Part shown: positions 17,869 to 27,161 of the stretch, one piece after another | Position numbering within the stretch: the first letter of the stretch is position 1 | How the letters are laid out: every line of letters starts with the position of its first letter | Source of the DNA: Nostoc punctiforme PCC 73102 | GTDB taxonomy: Bacteria > Cyanobacteriota > Cyanobacteriia > Cyanobacteriales > Nostocaceae | Assembly (NCBI RefSeq): GCF_000020025.1 | Contig: NC_010628.1 | Coordinates: 6,600,001-6,632,000, forward strand | Direction of reading: 5' to 3' | DNA length: 32,000 nucleotides | Made by a program: the position numbers and the translations under genes | The notes under the pieces: model-generated | What the model was told of the DNA's origin: nothing | Database searches by the model: none | What the model saw: only the letters and a program-made list of their open reading frames with translations

Positions 17869-18360
17869 TTACAGCTGATAAGAAGCCGTTAAAGCCACTG
17901 CCAAAGCATCAGCAGCATCATCTGGCTTGGGAATTTCATCTAAATCTAACTCCCGTGCTACCGCCTCTTGCACATCTAACTTATCTGCATTGCCATATCC
18001 CGTTAAAGCTTGTTTAATTTGAGCCGGAGTAAACTCTACATAAGGAAGACGACGCTGGCCCAACACCAAAATTAATACACCCCGCGCCTGTGCAACCAAA
18101 ATTGTACTTGACATCCGATAGAAGAATAGTTTCTCGATCGCAACTAAATCTGGTTGAAATTCCTCCATCACAGTGTGTAAATCATCAAACAACGTACATA
18201 GCCTCAGTCCCATTTCTACATCTGCTGACGTTTTAATTACCCCGAAATCCAGCATATTGACTGTAGTTTCTGGCACCTTGTTGGCAATTTGTGTGCAGGT
18301 AATTACCCCAAACCCTAAAGTTGCCAGTCCTGGATCTAATCCTAAAATTCGTTTTTCCAT
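17869..18360 (-). CDS. ruvC: Holliday junction resolvase RuvC
   Basis: The 163-aa ORF has the N-terminus [16 protein letters not shown], an acidic catalytic pattern ([19 protein letters not shown]) and a typical length. Confidence 0.9.
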   Translation of the reverse strand: MEKRILGLDPGLATLGFGVITCTQIANKVPETTVNMLDFGVIKTSADVEMGLRLCTLFDDLHTVMEEFQPDLVAIEKLFFYRMSSTILVAQARGVLILVLGQRRLPYVEFTPAQIKQALTGYGNADKLDVQEAVARELDLDEIPKPDDAADALAVALTASYQL

Positions 18361-18534
18361 TCAATTCACTTTTACTAAACCAGGGTATTGTTTAACTAGG
18401 AATACTGGCAATCTTGACCACTCGCTCTTAGTCTAATGGAATTGACAAATATAATAGTTTCACGCCTAGTGTTAAAAACCAAGTGGTGTACATTTTCTGT
18501 TAATTATTGTTTGTAGCACTGCTGTAAATCAGGT

Positions 18535-19923
18535 ATGTCAATTGGTTTTCTCAGACAAGCCCTCAACGCCCTGCAAAAGCAGTCGCGTTCTCGAACTTCC
18601 TACCGGGTTAACCAGTGGTTCAAATGGTTATCGCCTGGACTATCGGTAAAACGTTGGTTGTTGATAAGTATTGGGGGTGTACTGCTGGCGAGTTTGGGGT
18701 TAGCTATTTGGATCAAGCTGACCCCAATTTTTTGGATGATTGAGTTGTTTAGAGGTTTCCTTGGAGTAATCACCAACATCTTACCCAACTATATCAGTGG
18801 GCCTTTGGTGCTGCTTGGGGGATTGCTGTTAGTGCTTTGGGGACAAACTCGTACTGTCGGCTCAATTACTAAGGTACTAAGGGCAGAAGGCGGAGAAGAA
18901 CTCATCGATGTCTTGCTGGCACATCATCGACTGTACCGAGGCCCGAAAATAGTTGTAATTGGTGGTGGTACGGGGCTTTCTACGTTGTTGAGGGGACTAA
19001 AAACCTACAGCGCTAATATTACTGCTATTGTCACTGTCGCCGATGATGGTGGATCTTCTGGGCGGTTGCGTCAAGAATTTGGAGTGTTACCACCAGGGGA
19101 TATTCGCAATTGTTTGGCTGCACTAGCAGATGAAGAAAAGTTATTAACAGAATTGTTTCAATACCGTTTTCGAGCTGGAGATGGGTTAACGGGTCACAGT
19201 TTTGGCAATTTGTTTTTAACGGCAATGAGTGATATTACTGGAGATTTAGAACAAGCGGTTGCAGCCAGTTCTAAGGTGCTAGCGGTACGAGGACAAGTAC
19301 TACCGGCAACTCTCAGTGATGTTCGCCTCTGGGCTGAATTAACCGATGGTCGCCGCATTGAGGGGGAGTCTAGCATTCCCAAAGCTGGAGGGAAAATTGT
19401 CAAAATTGGCTGTATTCCTGATAATCCTCCGGCAGTGCCAGCAGCGATTAAAGCAATTAAAGAAGCTGATTACATCATTATTGGGCCAGGTAGTCTTTAT
19501 ACAAGTCTCATTCCTAATTTATTAGTACCAGAAATTGCCGATGCGATCGCTCAAACAGATGCCCCCCGTATTTATATCTGCAATATCATGACTCAGCCGG
19601 GAGAAACTGAAGGCTACACTGTTGCAGATCACATTAGAGCTATTGATGCTGCTTGTGGGGAAAGACGGCTATTTGATGCTGTGCTAATCCACAAAAAATC
19701 TCCCTCAGAGCAATCACTCATCCGCTACGCCGAACAAAACTCCCATCCCGTTTTCCTAGATAGAGAAGCCGTAACTCTGCTAGGGCGAAGGATTGTTGCA
19801 GCTAATGTTTTATATGAAGATGAAACGGGTTTTGTCCGTCACAATCCGCAGAAACTAGCACAAGTATTGTTGCGGTGGTACGGTAGAGGTCATTATGGAA
19901 AAAGGAGAAATATCACGTCTTGA
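18535..19923 (+). CDS. YvcK/CofD-family (UPF0052) protein with an N-terminal membrane-spanning extension
   Basis: It contains [33 protein letters not shown] and [14 protein letters not shown], which are signature blocks of the YvcK gluconeogenesis-factor/LPPG:FO transferase-like family. Hydrophobic segments lie in the first 110 residues or so. Confidence 0.8.
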   Translation: MSIGFLRQALNALQKQSRSRTSYRVNQWFKWLSPGLSVKRWLLISIGGVLLASLGLAIWIKLTPIFWMIELFRGFLGVITNILPNYISGPLVLLGGLLLVLWGQTRTVGSITKVLRAEGGEELIDVLLAHHRLYRGPKIVVIGGGTGLSTLLRGLKTYSANITAIVTVADDGGSSGRLRQEFGVLPPGDIRNCLAALADEEKLLTELFQYRFRAGDGLTGHSFGNLFLTAMSDITGDLEQAVAASSKVLAVRGQVLPATLSDVRLWAELTDGRRIEGESSIPKAGGKIVKIGCIPDNPPAVPAAIKAIKEADYIIIGPGSLYTSLIPNLLVPEIADAIAQTDAPRIYICNIMTQPGETEGYTVADHIRAIDAACGERRLFDAVLIHKKSPSEQSLIRYAEQNSHPVFLDREAVTLLGRRIVAANVLYEDETGFVRHNPQKLAQVLLRWYGRGHYGKRRNITS

Positions 19924-19930
19924 CTCGGTT

Positions 19931-20386
19931 ATGAAAATTTTTCTTGCAGATACAGAGGCGACGCTACACTTAGGTATTACTCTCGGCGAATCCCTAACTG
20001 CGGGCAGTGCAATTTTACTAAAAGGTGATTTAGGCGCGGGTAAAACTACCTTAGTTCAAGGTATTGGTAAGGGTTTGGGAATCGCTGAATCTATTGTCAG
20101 TCCCACTTTCACCCTGATTAATGAGTACACAGAAGGACGGCTCCCCCTTTACCACTTAGATTTATATCGCTTAGAACCACAAGAAGTTGCAGCCCTAAAT
20201 TTAGAAAGTTATTGGGAAGGTATTGAGGTCATACCAGGAATTGTGGCAGTTGAATGGGCGGAACGATTGCCCTACAAACCAGATAGTTATCTAAGTGTGA
20301 ATTTGACTTATGGGAATGGGGGTACTCGTCAAGCCGAACTCATACCATTCAATTGTGCCCTTAGCGAAACCATTGCTGCTCTCTAG
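19931..20386 (+). CDS. tsaE: tRNA threonylcarbamoyladenosine (t6A) biosynthesis ATPase TsaE
   Basis: It has the P-loop LKGDLGAGKTTLVQGI, then SPTFTLINEY and HLDLYRL. I prefer the start at MKIFLAD (19931) because the track start at 19895 overlaps the preceding gene. Confidence 0.85.
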   Translation: MKIFLADTEATLHLGITLGESLTAGSAILLKGDLGAGKTTLVQGIGKGLGIAESIVSPTFTLINEYTEGRLPLYHLDLYRLEPQEVAALNLESYWEGIEVIPGIVAVEWAERLPYKPDSYLSVNLTYGNGGTRQAELIPFNCALSETIAAL

Positions 20387-20943
20387 GCTCATATCCCGAC
20401 CGAAGTACAAGAAATTTCACTTTTTTAGATCGCAACACTAAAAATTTTTGTTAATAGTTGAGGGAGAACTTCACACTCCTTCTATCTGCCACTACCACGC
20501 TCACCACTGTAAATCACTAACATTGTTATCTCAACCCAAAATAAGTGAAAAAATTTTGTAACAGCAGCTTTATTGCTGCAATAATTCAGTTAAAAAACTG
20601 ATTTAGATAGTGTATGAATTAAGAAAAGGTAAACTGTTGTTGGGTTAAATGAGAGTTTTTGCAGCAGTTAGTCAGCTTGATTTAGCCTGATTGGTTCTCT
20701 ACTCTCATTAAGAGAACAAATCTGGATTATTTAGCAGTCAAAGCTAGTAGAAAAAAGTTAAACAACATCAAGCTATCTAGAAGTTATCTAACTTTTCCTT
20801 ATACTCAATATAGCCGAATTAAAGTCACAATATATACACAATAATACTGATTTATATAATAGTTAAAAAATTAATTTAAGTAATTGTAAATACCAATAAA
20901 TTTTTCGGTTGACATCTGTAATTATCACTGATAGCAGCTTTAA

Positions 20944-20996
20944 ATAAAACATCTCGTATTTTTATGATAGTTATGTAAAAATACGAGATGTTTTAT
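20944..20996 (-). terminator. Stem-loop with a perfect 21-bp stem and 11-nt loop, 39 nt downstream of the patatin-like gene. It is probably an intrinsic terminator and may act in both directions.
   Basis: The arms at 20944-20964 and 20976-20996 (ATAAAACATCTCGTATTTTTA / TAAAAATACGAGATGTTTTAT) were read directly. The U-rich tract partly overlaps the end of the stem. Confidence 0.6.
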
Positions 20997-21034
20997 CTTA
21001 TGTTAGTTGACATTAATATATCTACGTGGATACA

Positions 21035-22210
21035 CTAGTTTTCTCTAATGAAAGAAGCGATCGCCTTTTTTATCGGTAAGCCAGAGTCATCTCTGGTATA
21101 GTACGTAAGACCTTGATCGATGAATGCCGAGGTAGTATCTATTAACTGCTGAATAATCTCTGGACTACTATTATCTATTTCTTGAGTAACTTTTTTACCT
21201 GTAAATCGGTTTTTTCGATCTTCTGGATGTAATACAATACGAGGATCTTTATAAGTTTCTTTTGGCTTAGGTTTGAATGTCTCATTTAATTCAAACTGAA
21301 GACGTAAGTAACGCTTAGACTCGTATCCACCCATGATTTGTCGGCAAATTGTGCTATCAATCTCCGATGTAGGTTCCATAAAGATATTAGTCAGATTTTG
21401 TACCCAGTCTAAGCCTTTCCATTTACTTATTTGTTTATATTGATATGGTTCACCAGTTTGACCTGTGCCAATAGAAAGGATAGAAATATCTTCCAATCGC
21501 AGATTATTTAGTTTATATTTTTGCTTTATTTCTGGAGACACTGAAGACTGACTGACCCTCATAGCTAAACTCAAAGCTGCGAGACAGGGATTGTTAGCAG
21601 AAACTCCTCCATCAATGTGTGGAAATTCCCAATCACCAAACTTTTCTTTATCTCTAGGTTCTAATTTATATGGTGGGAAAAAAGTAGGTGCTGAGGCAGA
21701 AGCGGTACATATCTCCCATAAACAACAGTCATCGTACCATCTATCTCCTAGATCGGGATGACAGTTTGTAAAAAAGGTTGTATTACGATATAGCGTATCG
21801 TAAGCCAGAATCAAGATAATAGGTTTTTCAATATCTTTTATTCTTGTGTATTTATAAGAATCTTTGAGGACACTAATAATTCCATCATGAGAATATTTAG
21901 ATGTTGAAAATACATCAAGAATTGATTTGATGATTGACGGTAAGTTTTTATAGAGTTCTTTTCTATTCGGCGGAAAGATATCTTTACCTCTATCTCTATA
22001 CAGTTTAATAAGTTCATCACTTGTCTTTCCTACAGCAATCCCCCCTGTCAATATTGAACCAGTAGAAGTGCCAGCAATGAGGTCAAAGTATTCGTGTAAG
22101 AAGTTGCCTTTACCCTGATTTATAATTTCTTGTTCTACTTGTTTAAGAATTCGGGCTGCAATAACTCCCCGAATACCGCCACCATCTAAAGCTAAAATTT
22201 TGAAGGACAT
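21035..22210 (-). CDS. Patatin-like phospholipase
   Basis: It has the oxyanion-hole motif LALDGGGIRGV, the nucleophile elbow AGTSTGS (G-x-S-x-G) and the catalytic Asp motif HIDGGVSANNP. Confidence 0.9.
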   Translation of the reverse strand: MSFKILALDGGGIRGVIAARILKQVEQEIINQGKGNFLHEYFDLIAGTSTGSILTGGIAVGKTSDELIKLYRDRGKDIFPPNRKELYKNLPSIIKSILDVFSTSKYSHDGIISVLKDSYKYTRIKDIEKPIILILAYDTLYRNTTFFTNCHPDLGDRWYDDCCLWEICTASASAPTFFPPYKLEPRDKEKFGDWEFPHIDGGVSANNPCLAALSLAMRVSQSSVSPEIKQKYKLNNLRLEDISILSIGTGQTGEPYQYKQISKWKGLDWVQNLTNIFMEPTSEIDSTICRQIMGGYESKRYLRLQFELNETFKPKPKETYKDPRIVLHPEDRKNRFTGKKVTQEIDNSSPEIIQQLIDTTSAFIDQGLTYYTRDDSGLPIKKAIASFIREN

Positions 22211-22737
22211 AGCAATTCTCCTTGATTATTTCTACGGTTATCTTTTTGGGCATAGTCTCTGGTAAATACATGACCTGGATGAAGGTCATATATTATGAGA
22301 TTGGTCGCAATTCAGTTTCATTTTGTTTACTGCTATCCAACTCTAAGATTTAACGAACCGCCTTCACTATGAGACACTATGTATATCTTGCTTTCCCATA
22401 AAGGTACGCACAATATCTCGTTAAAGAAGGTACACCAAACAGGGAAAACGAAGATTAAATAGATAATCTTATAGCCGTAAGGAGGGAGTTATTGAAGATT
22501 TGACTTCAAACACTTATAAATAAATTTAGAGTTTTATGTTGCAATTTCTGATACAGCAACAAGTCAATACCCTTTGGTTAAAAGGGTAAAGAAGCAAAAA
22601 CAAAGATTTTCATCTTTTAGCTTTAACCAAACCGCTTTAGTCTAGTCTTAACTATGGATAGATGAAAATCTTGCCTGTTCAAGTATGGCTTCGATGTATA
22701 ATTATCAGTCTACTACGTAAGCTTAAATAAATATTTG

Positions 22738-24057
22738 CTACAAGAAAGTTAAAGCTTGACCCCGGACTTGCGTATTTACCTGGCCTTTGTCATAAACTAT
22801 TTCACCGCCGACAATGGTTGTTGTAGCCCAGCCGGTGAGGTTCCAGCCTTCAAAGGGGCTCCAATGGCATTTGGTTAAAAGTTCCTCGCGCCGGACTGGA
22901 CGGTATGTATTTAAATCTACAAGCACTAAATCGGCATCATAACCAGGTGCGATCACTCCTTTATTGGGAATACCATAAGCCACAGCTACATTCTTAGACA
23001 TCCAGTTGACAACTTGGGAAACAGTACACTTTCCCTCCATCGCCGCAGTTAACATCAAAGCTAGGGAAGTTTCCACCCCAGGCATTCCTGAAGGACTATT
23101 GGGGTATTCTTGAGCTTTTTCTTCTAAGGTGTGGGGTGCGTGATCTGTAGCGATGAAATCAATCACGCCATCGCGTAAAGCTTGCCAAAGGACTTCGTTA
23201 TCGTGGGGCGATCGCAAAGGTGGATTCATCTGTGCTAAAGTACCAATCTTTTCATAAGCACTGGTGTTCAACACCAAATGCTGTGGCGTTACCTCTGCTG
23301 TCACCCAACTAGGTTTCTCCTGACGCAGTAAATCTGCTTCTTCGGCTGTTGACATGTGAAGAATATGCAGACGACGGTGATATTTTTGAGAAAGTTTTAA
23401 TACCAGTTGGGTTGCCAACAAAGCCGCTTGATTATCTTGAATTTGCGAGTGAACGGCTGGATCGTGAATGTTGGCAAATTCTTGGCGACGTTGGTTGATT
23501 CTAGCTTGGTCTTCGGCATGAACAGCAATCAAGCGATCGCCTTTAGCAAATATCGTCTCCAATGTTGTTTCACCATCAACTAGCAATTGACCGTGCATCG
23601 ACCCCATGAAAATCTTAATTCCTGGTGTGGGCTTGGCCAAAAGCAAGTCTGGAAGATTCTCTGCTGTTGCCCCAATAAAAAAGCCATAATTAACCAAGGA
23701 CTTTTGTGAGGCCCGTTCTAGCTTGTCGTCCAAAGCTTGCTGTGTCGTTGTTAGGGGGCGCGTATTAGGCATTTCTAAAAAAGAAGTGACTCCACCTTTA
23801 GCGCAGGCACAACTAGCGGTGAATAAATCTTCCTTGTGTTCTAAGCCAGGTTCCCGGAAATGTACCTGCGGATCGATCACTCCCGGCAACAAAGTTAACC
23901 CTTCTGCGTCAATTTCAGTGACTACTGCTGTTTGGGAGATTTCTGGCGCAACTTCGACTATTTGGCGATCACGGGTCAACACATCCCCAATCATCATTTC
24001 ACCATTGGGTAGGACTATGCAGGCGCGACGGATCAGTAAAATTTGTGGAGATGACAT
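22738..24057 (-). CDS. pyrC: Dihydroorotase (amidohydrolase superfamily)
   Basis: The 439-aa ORF contains LLPGVIDPQVHFREPG (the metal-binding HxH equivalent), IATDHAPH and DADLVLVD, which are typical of long-form dihydroorotases. Confidence 0.8.
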   Translation of the reverse strand: MSSPQILLIRRACIVLPNGEMMIGDVLTRDRQIVEVAPEISQTAVVTEIDAEGLTLLPGVIDPQVHFREPGLEHKEDLFTASCACAKGGVTSFLEMPNTRPLTTTQQALDDKLERASQKSLVNYGFFIGATAENLPDLLLAKPTPGIKIFMGSMHGQLLVDGETTLETIFAKGDRLIAVHAEDQARINQRRQEFANIHDPAVHSQIQDNQAALLATQLVLKLSQKYHRRLHILHMSTAEEADLLRQEKPSWVTAEVTPQHLVLNTSAYEKIGTLAQMNPPLRSPHDNEVLWQALRDGVIDFIATDHAPHTLEEKAQEYPNSPSGMPGVETSLALMLTAAMEGKCTVSQVVNWMSKNVAVAYGIPNKGVIAPGYDADLVLVDLNTYRPVRREELLTKCHWSPFEGWNLTGWATTTIVGGEIVYDKGQVNTQVRGQALTFL

Positions 24058-24327
24058 AAGGCTAACTTTTTTAGGCAGGGAGCTATATATTACAGATAAC
24101 TATGCTTTTAGGTTAAACTTAGTCGCGCTCTGAGTGCTAATTTTTTTGCTGACCGTTAAAAAAAAGTTTATTTTTAATCTATGAAGAACCCCCTTTATCA
24201 ATAATCTAAGATTGGTAGTCAAGATGCGAACATAACCAGGAAATTAAAATTTTCCCGTTAAGATTAACAGATAAAGTCTCACTAGGCGAGTTAATTACCT
24301 ACATCTTTCCTTCAGTTAAGTAATTTC

Positions 24328-24981
24328 ATGCAAAATCAAGTGTCTGATAACAACTCTAGTCAACAACCTGATAATTCCTGGATCGCAGAGCTAGGTAGAA
24401 CAATTGTATTGAGTATTGTTCTAGCTCTGGGAATTCGTACCTTTGTTGCTGAAGCACGCTGGATCCCTTCTGGGTCAATGGAACCAACTCTGCATGGTAC
24501 GCCAAACCAGTGGGAAGCAGACAAAATCATTGTCGATAAGTTGAAATATAAATTTGCTGACCCGCAGCGTGGAGATATCGTAGTATTTTCACCCACTAAA
24601 GAGTTACAAAAAGAACAATATCAGGATGCTTTTATTAAAAGAGTAATTGGCTTACCTGGAGAAAAAGTACAACTCAAAGATGGCAAGGTCTATATTAACA
24701 ACAAACCCCTGCCAGAAGGTAATTATCTCGCTCCTAGCCAAAGCACAGTTATTAATGTTTGCCAATCAGGGCCACAGCCACCTTTTTTGGAAAAACCCCA
24801 AACTATACCAGATGATTCATACTTAGTATTAGGTGACAATCGTAATAATAGTTATGATGGACGCTGTTGGGGTGTTGTCCCTCGCCAGAATATTATTGGA
24901 CGGGCTGTAGTTCGCTTTTGGCCTCTAAATCATATTGGAGGAATAGATAAAGTACCACCATATTCACAAACAAGTCCATAA
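24328..24981 (+). CDS. lepB: Signal peptidase I
   Basis: It has IPSGSMEPTL (catalytic Ser box), RGDIVVF, FIKRVIGLPGE (catalytic Lys box) and GDNRNNSYDGRCWG. Confidence 0.9.
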   Translation: MQNQVSDNNSSQQPDNSWIAELGRTIVLSIVLALGIRTFVAEARWIPSGSMEPTLHGTPNQWEADKIIVDKLKYKFADPQRGDIVVFSPTKELQKEQYQDAFIKRVIGLPGEKVQLKDGKVYINNKPLPEGNYLAPSQSTVINVCQSGPQPPFLEKPQTIPDDSYLVLGDNRNNSYDGRCWGVVPRQNIIGRAVVRFWPLNHIGGIDKVPPYSQTSP

Positions 24982-25086
24982 CGGATAATTTAGCTTGATG
25001 CTTTTGCTCAAGAAGAATTTAGGACTATTACATTCTTTGCTTGAGCAATCAGCTAGCTTCCAGAAGAAAGTAAAAGAAAATATGAT

Positions 25087-25691
25087 ATGCCCAATATCAG
25101 CCGTAAGACCATTGTTGAGGGTACTGTAATACTAGTCTTCTGGATTATTGGTACATATATCCTTATTTTTACCGAAGCTCGCTGGATTCCTTCTGGTGCT
25201 ATGGAACCCAGTCTGCATGGTACGCCAAACCAGTGGGAGGCGGACAAAATCATTGTCGATAAGTTGAAATATAAATTTGCTGACCCGCAGCGTGGAGATA
25301 TCGTGGTATTTTCACTTACTGAAGAGCTACAAAAAGAACAATATCACGATGCTTTTATTAAAAGGGTAATTGGCTTACCTGGAGAACAAGTACAACTCAG
25401 AGATGGCAAGGTTTATATTAACAACAAACCACTGCCAGAAGGTAATTATCTCAGTTCTGGGCAAAGCACAGTTATTGATGTTTGCCAATCAGGACCACAG
25501 CCACTTTTTTAGAAAAACCCCAGACTATACCAGATGATTCATACCTAGTACTAGGTGATAATCGTAACAGTAGTTACGATGGACGCTGCTGGGGTGTTGT
25601 CCCCCATCAGAATCTTATTGGATGGGCTGTAGTTCGCTTCTGGCCTTTAAATCATGTCGGAAGAATAAATAAATCGCCACTATATCCATAA
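25087..25691 (+). pseudogene. Tandem degenerate copy of signal peptidase I, with a frameshift and a Ser-to-Ala change at the nucleophile
   Basis: Track ORFs 25087..25512 and 25482..25691 together parallel lepB at roughly 90% nucleotide identity from about 25174 onward. Copy 1 reads CAGCCACCTTTTTTGGAA and copy 2 CAGCCACTTTTTTAGAA, a 1-nt deletion near 25504 that creates a TAG. The catalytic box reads IPSGAMEPSL (GCT at 25198-25200) instead of IPSGSMEPTL. Confidence 0.8.
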
Positions 25692-25730
25692 ATTAACAAA
25701 ATTAGTAAGGTGGATAAATAACAAAATAAT

Positions 25731-25780
25731 TTTAGATTGGTGATTTAGCAGTCCCCAATCTAAAATCTAAAATCTAAAAT
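25731..25780. repeat. 10-bp inverted repeat TTTAGATTGG / CCAATCTAAA running into a heptamer tandem repeat (AATCTAA, about 3.4 copies, 25757-25780) of STRR type
   Basis: It was read directly between the lepB pseudogene stop and the MOSC gene start. Confidence 0.7.
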
Positions 25781-25784
25781 TGCT

Positions 25785-26570
25785 ATGATGCCTTACCTAG
25801 CCAAGATTCTACTGTATCCAGTAAAATCACTGGATGGTGTTGAAGTTGAAAAGGTTGGAGTTCTTGCCAGTGGCGCACTACAGCATGACCGCGAGTTTGC
25901 CATCTTTGACGAACGAGGTAAATTTGTCAATGGCAAGCGTCATGCTAAAATCCATCTACTAAGGGTGCAATTTGCACTTTTCAATAGAACTATTTCGCTA
26001 CAAATCCCAGGCGGCAACTCACAACAAGTTTTTCATCTGGATGAGGAACGGCAAGCCCTAGAAGCAACTTTGAGTAATTATTTTGAGTTTGCTGTTACAT
26101 TAAGGCAAAACTCTCTAATGGGCTTTCCTGACGATACACACTCGCCAGGCCCAACAGTAATTAGTACAGCAACTTTGACAGAAGTAGCTTCTTGGTTTCC
26201 AGGTTTAAGTGTAGATGAAATACGCCGCCGGATGCGTGCCAATATCGAGATTGACGGTGTACCAGCATTTTGGGAAGATCGGCTATTTAGCGAACAAGGT
26301 GATTTAGTCTCCTTTCGAGTTGGAGATGTAGATTTTTTTGGGGCTAATCCATGCCAGCGTTGTATAGTTCCAACACGCGATTCTTACTCAGGCGAAGCTT
26401 ACCCAAGCTTTCAAAAAATCTTTGCAACCCAGCGACAAGCAACTCTGCCTAATTGGGTTGCTTCATCGCCTTTTAATCACTTTTACAGATTGAGTGTTAA
26501 TACCCAATTGCCTATATCCTCAGCCGGAAAAATTTTACAAATCGGCGATGGAGTTGACATATTTCCATAA
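25785..26570 (+). CDS. MOSC domain protein (MOSC N-terminal beta-barrel plus MOSC, YcbX-like)
   Basis: The N-terminus ILLYPVKSLDG is typical of the MOSC_N domain. The conserved cysteine motif is NPCQRCIVPT. Length is 261 aa. Confidence 0.75.
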   Translation: MMPYLAKILLYPVKSLDGVEVEKVGVLASGALQHDREFAIFDERGKFVNGKRHAKIHLLRVQFALFNRTISLQIPGGNSQQVFHLDEERQALEATLSNYFEFAVTLRQNSLMGFPDDTHSPGPTVISTATLTEVASWFPGLSVDEIRRRMRANIEIDGVPAFWEDRLFSEQGDLVSFRVGDVDFFGANPCQRCIVPTRDSYSGEAYPSFQKIFATQRQATLPNWVASSPFNHFYRLSVNTQLPISSAGKILQIGDGVDIFP

Positions 26571-27161
26571 TAAAATTAACATTTGTTTACAACAAAAAAC
26601 ACTAAGTAAATTTTCTTGGATTTTTTTTGTTATTACTATGCATTTGTATGAAAATTTTAAAATTGTTGTAGTTAAATAGAGGTTTTTGTAGAAATCCAGA
26701 GGTTTCAAGACTGGAAAATCAAGACCTCAGCAATTAGAAATTAAATTTAGGATTAGGTGCTAATGGCAACCTGAATTTTAGAATGGCATACTGTAACTTA
26801 TCGGGTAAATTTAAGTTTTTCTGAGGAAATGTACTGATACATTACCAAATAAAACTGAGCGAATTAAGCCGTAATGTTTACAAATCGCCTACGCCTACGC
26901 AAAATTTGAAAATTGGAGGTTGGAGAAACTTAACTAGTCAGACAAGTATCCGAACAAAATTTTTAATGCTTTTTTTATACTCCATTTTCTCAGAGATGTC
27001 ATGATCGAAGTGATGACACACCGTAATTTTTTTGGTATTAAATGTAGCTGGCATAGCAAAAATGCCCCAAATATATGCTGGGGAAAAATTAAACAACAAT
27101 GTTATCCAAACTTCAGTCCGTCAAATCTCTTAATTGCTTAGTTGGCAGAGTTTACGCCAGG

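Noticed and set aside
24360-25253. Two antisense ORFs (24360..24596 and 25053..25253) share a conserved peptide (ILSASHWFGVPCR.GSI.PEGIQRAS), which could suggest a real antisense gene
   Set aside because: The conservation is a by-product of the lepB tandem duplication, since both ORFs are reverse-frame shadows of the duplicated SPase-coding DNA.
26494-26679. 61-aa ORF overlapping the MOSC gene's 3' end and running into AT-rich spacer
   Set aside because: It has no motifs and overlaps a well-supported gene. Its sequence is AT-rich and low in complexity.
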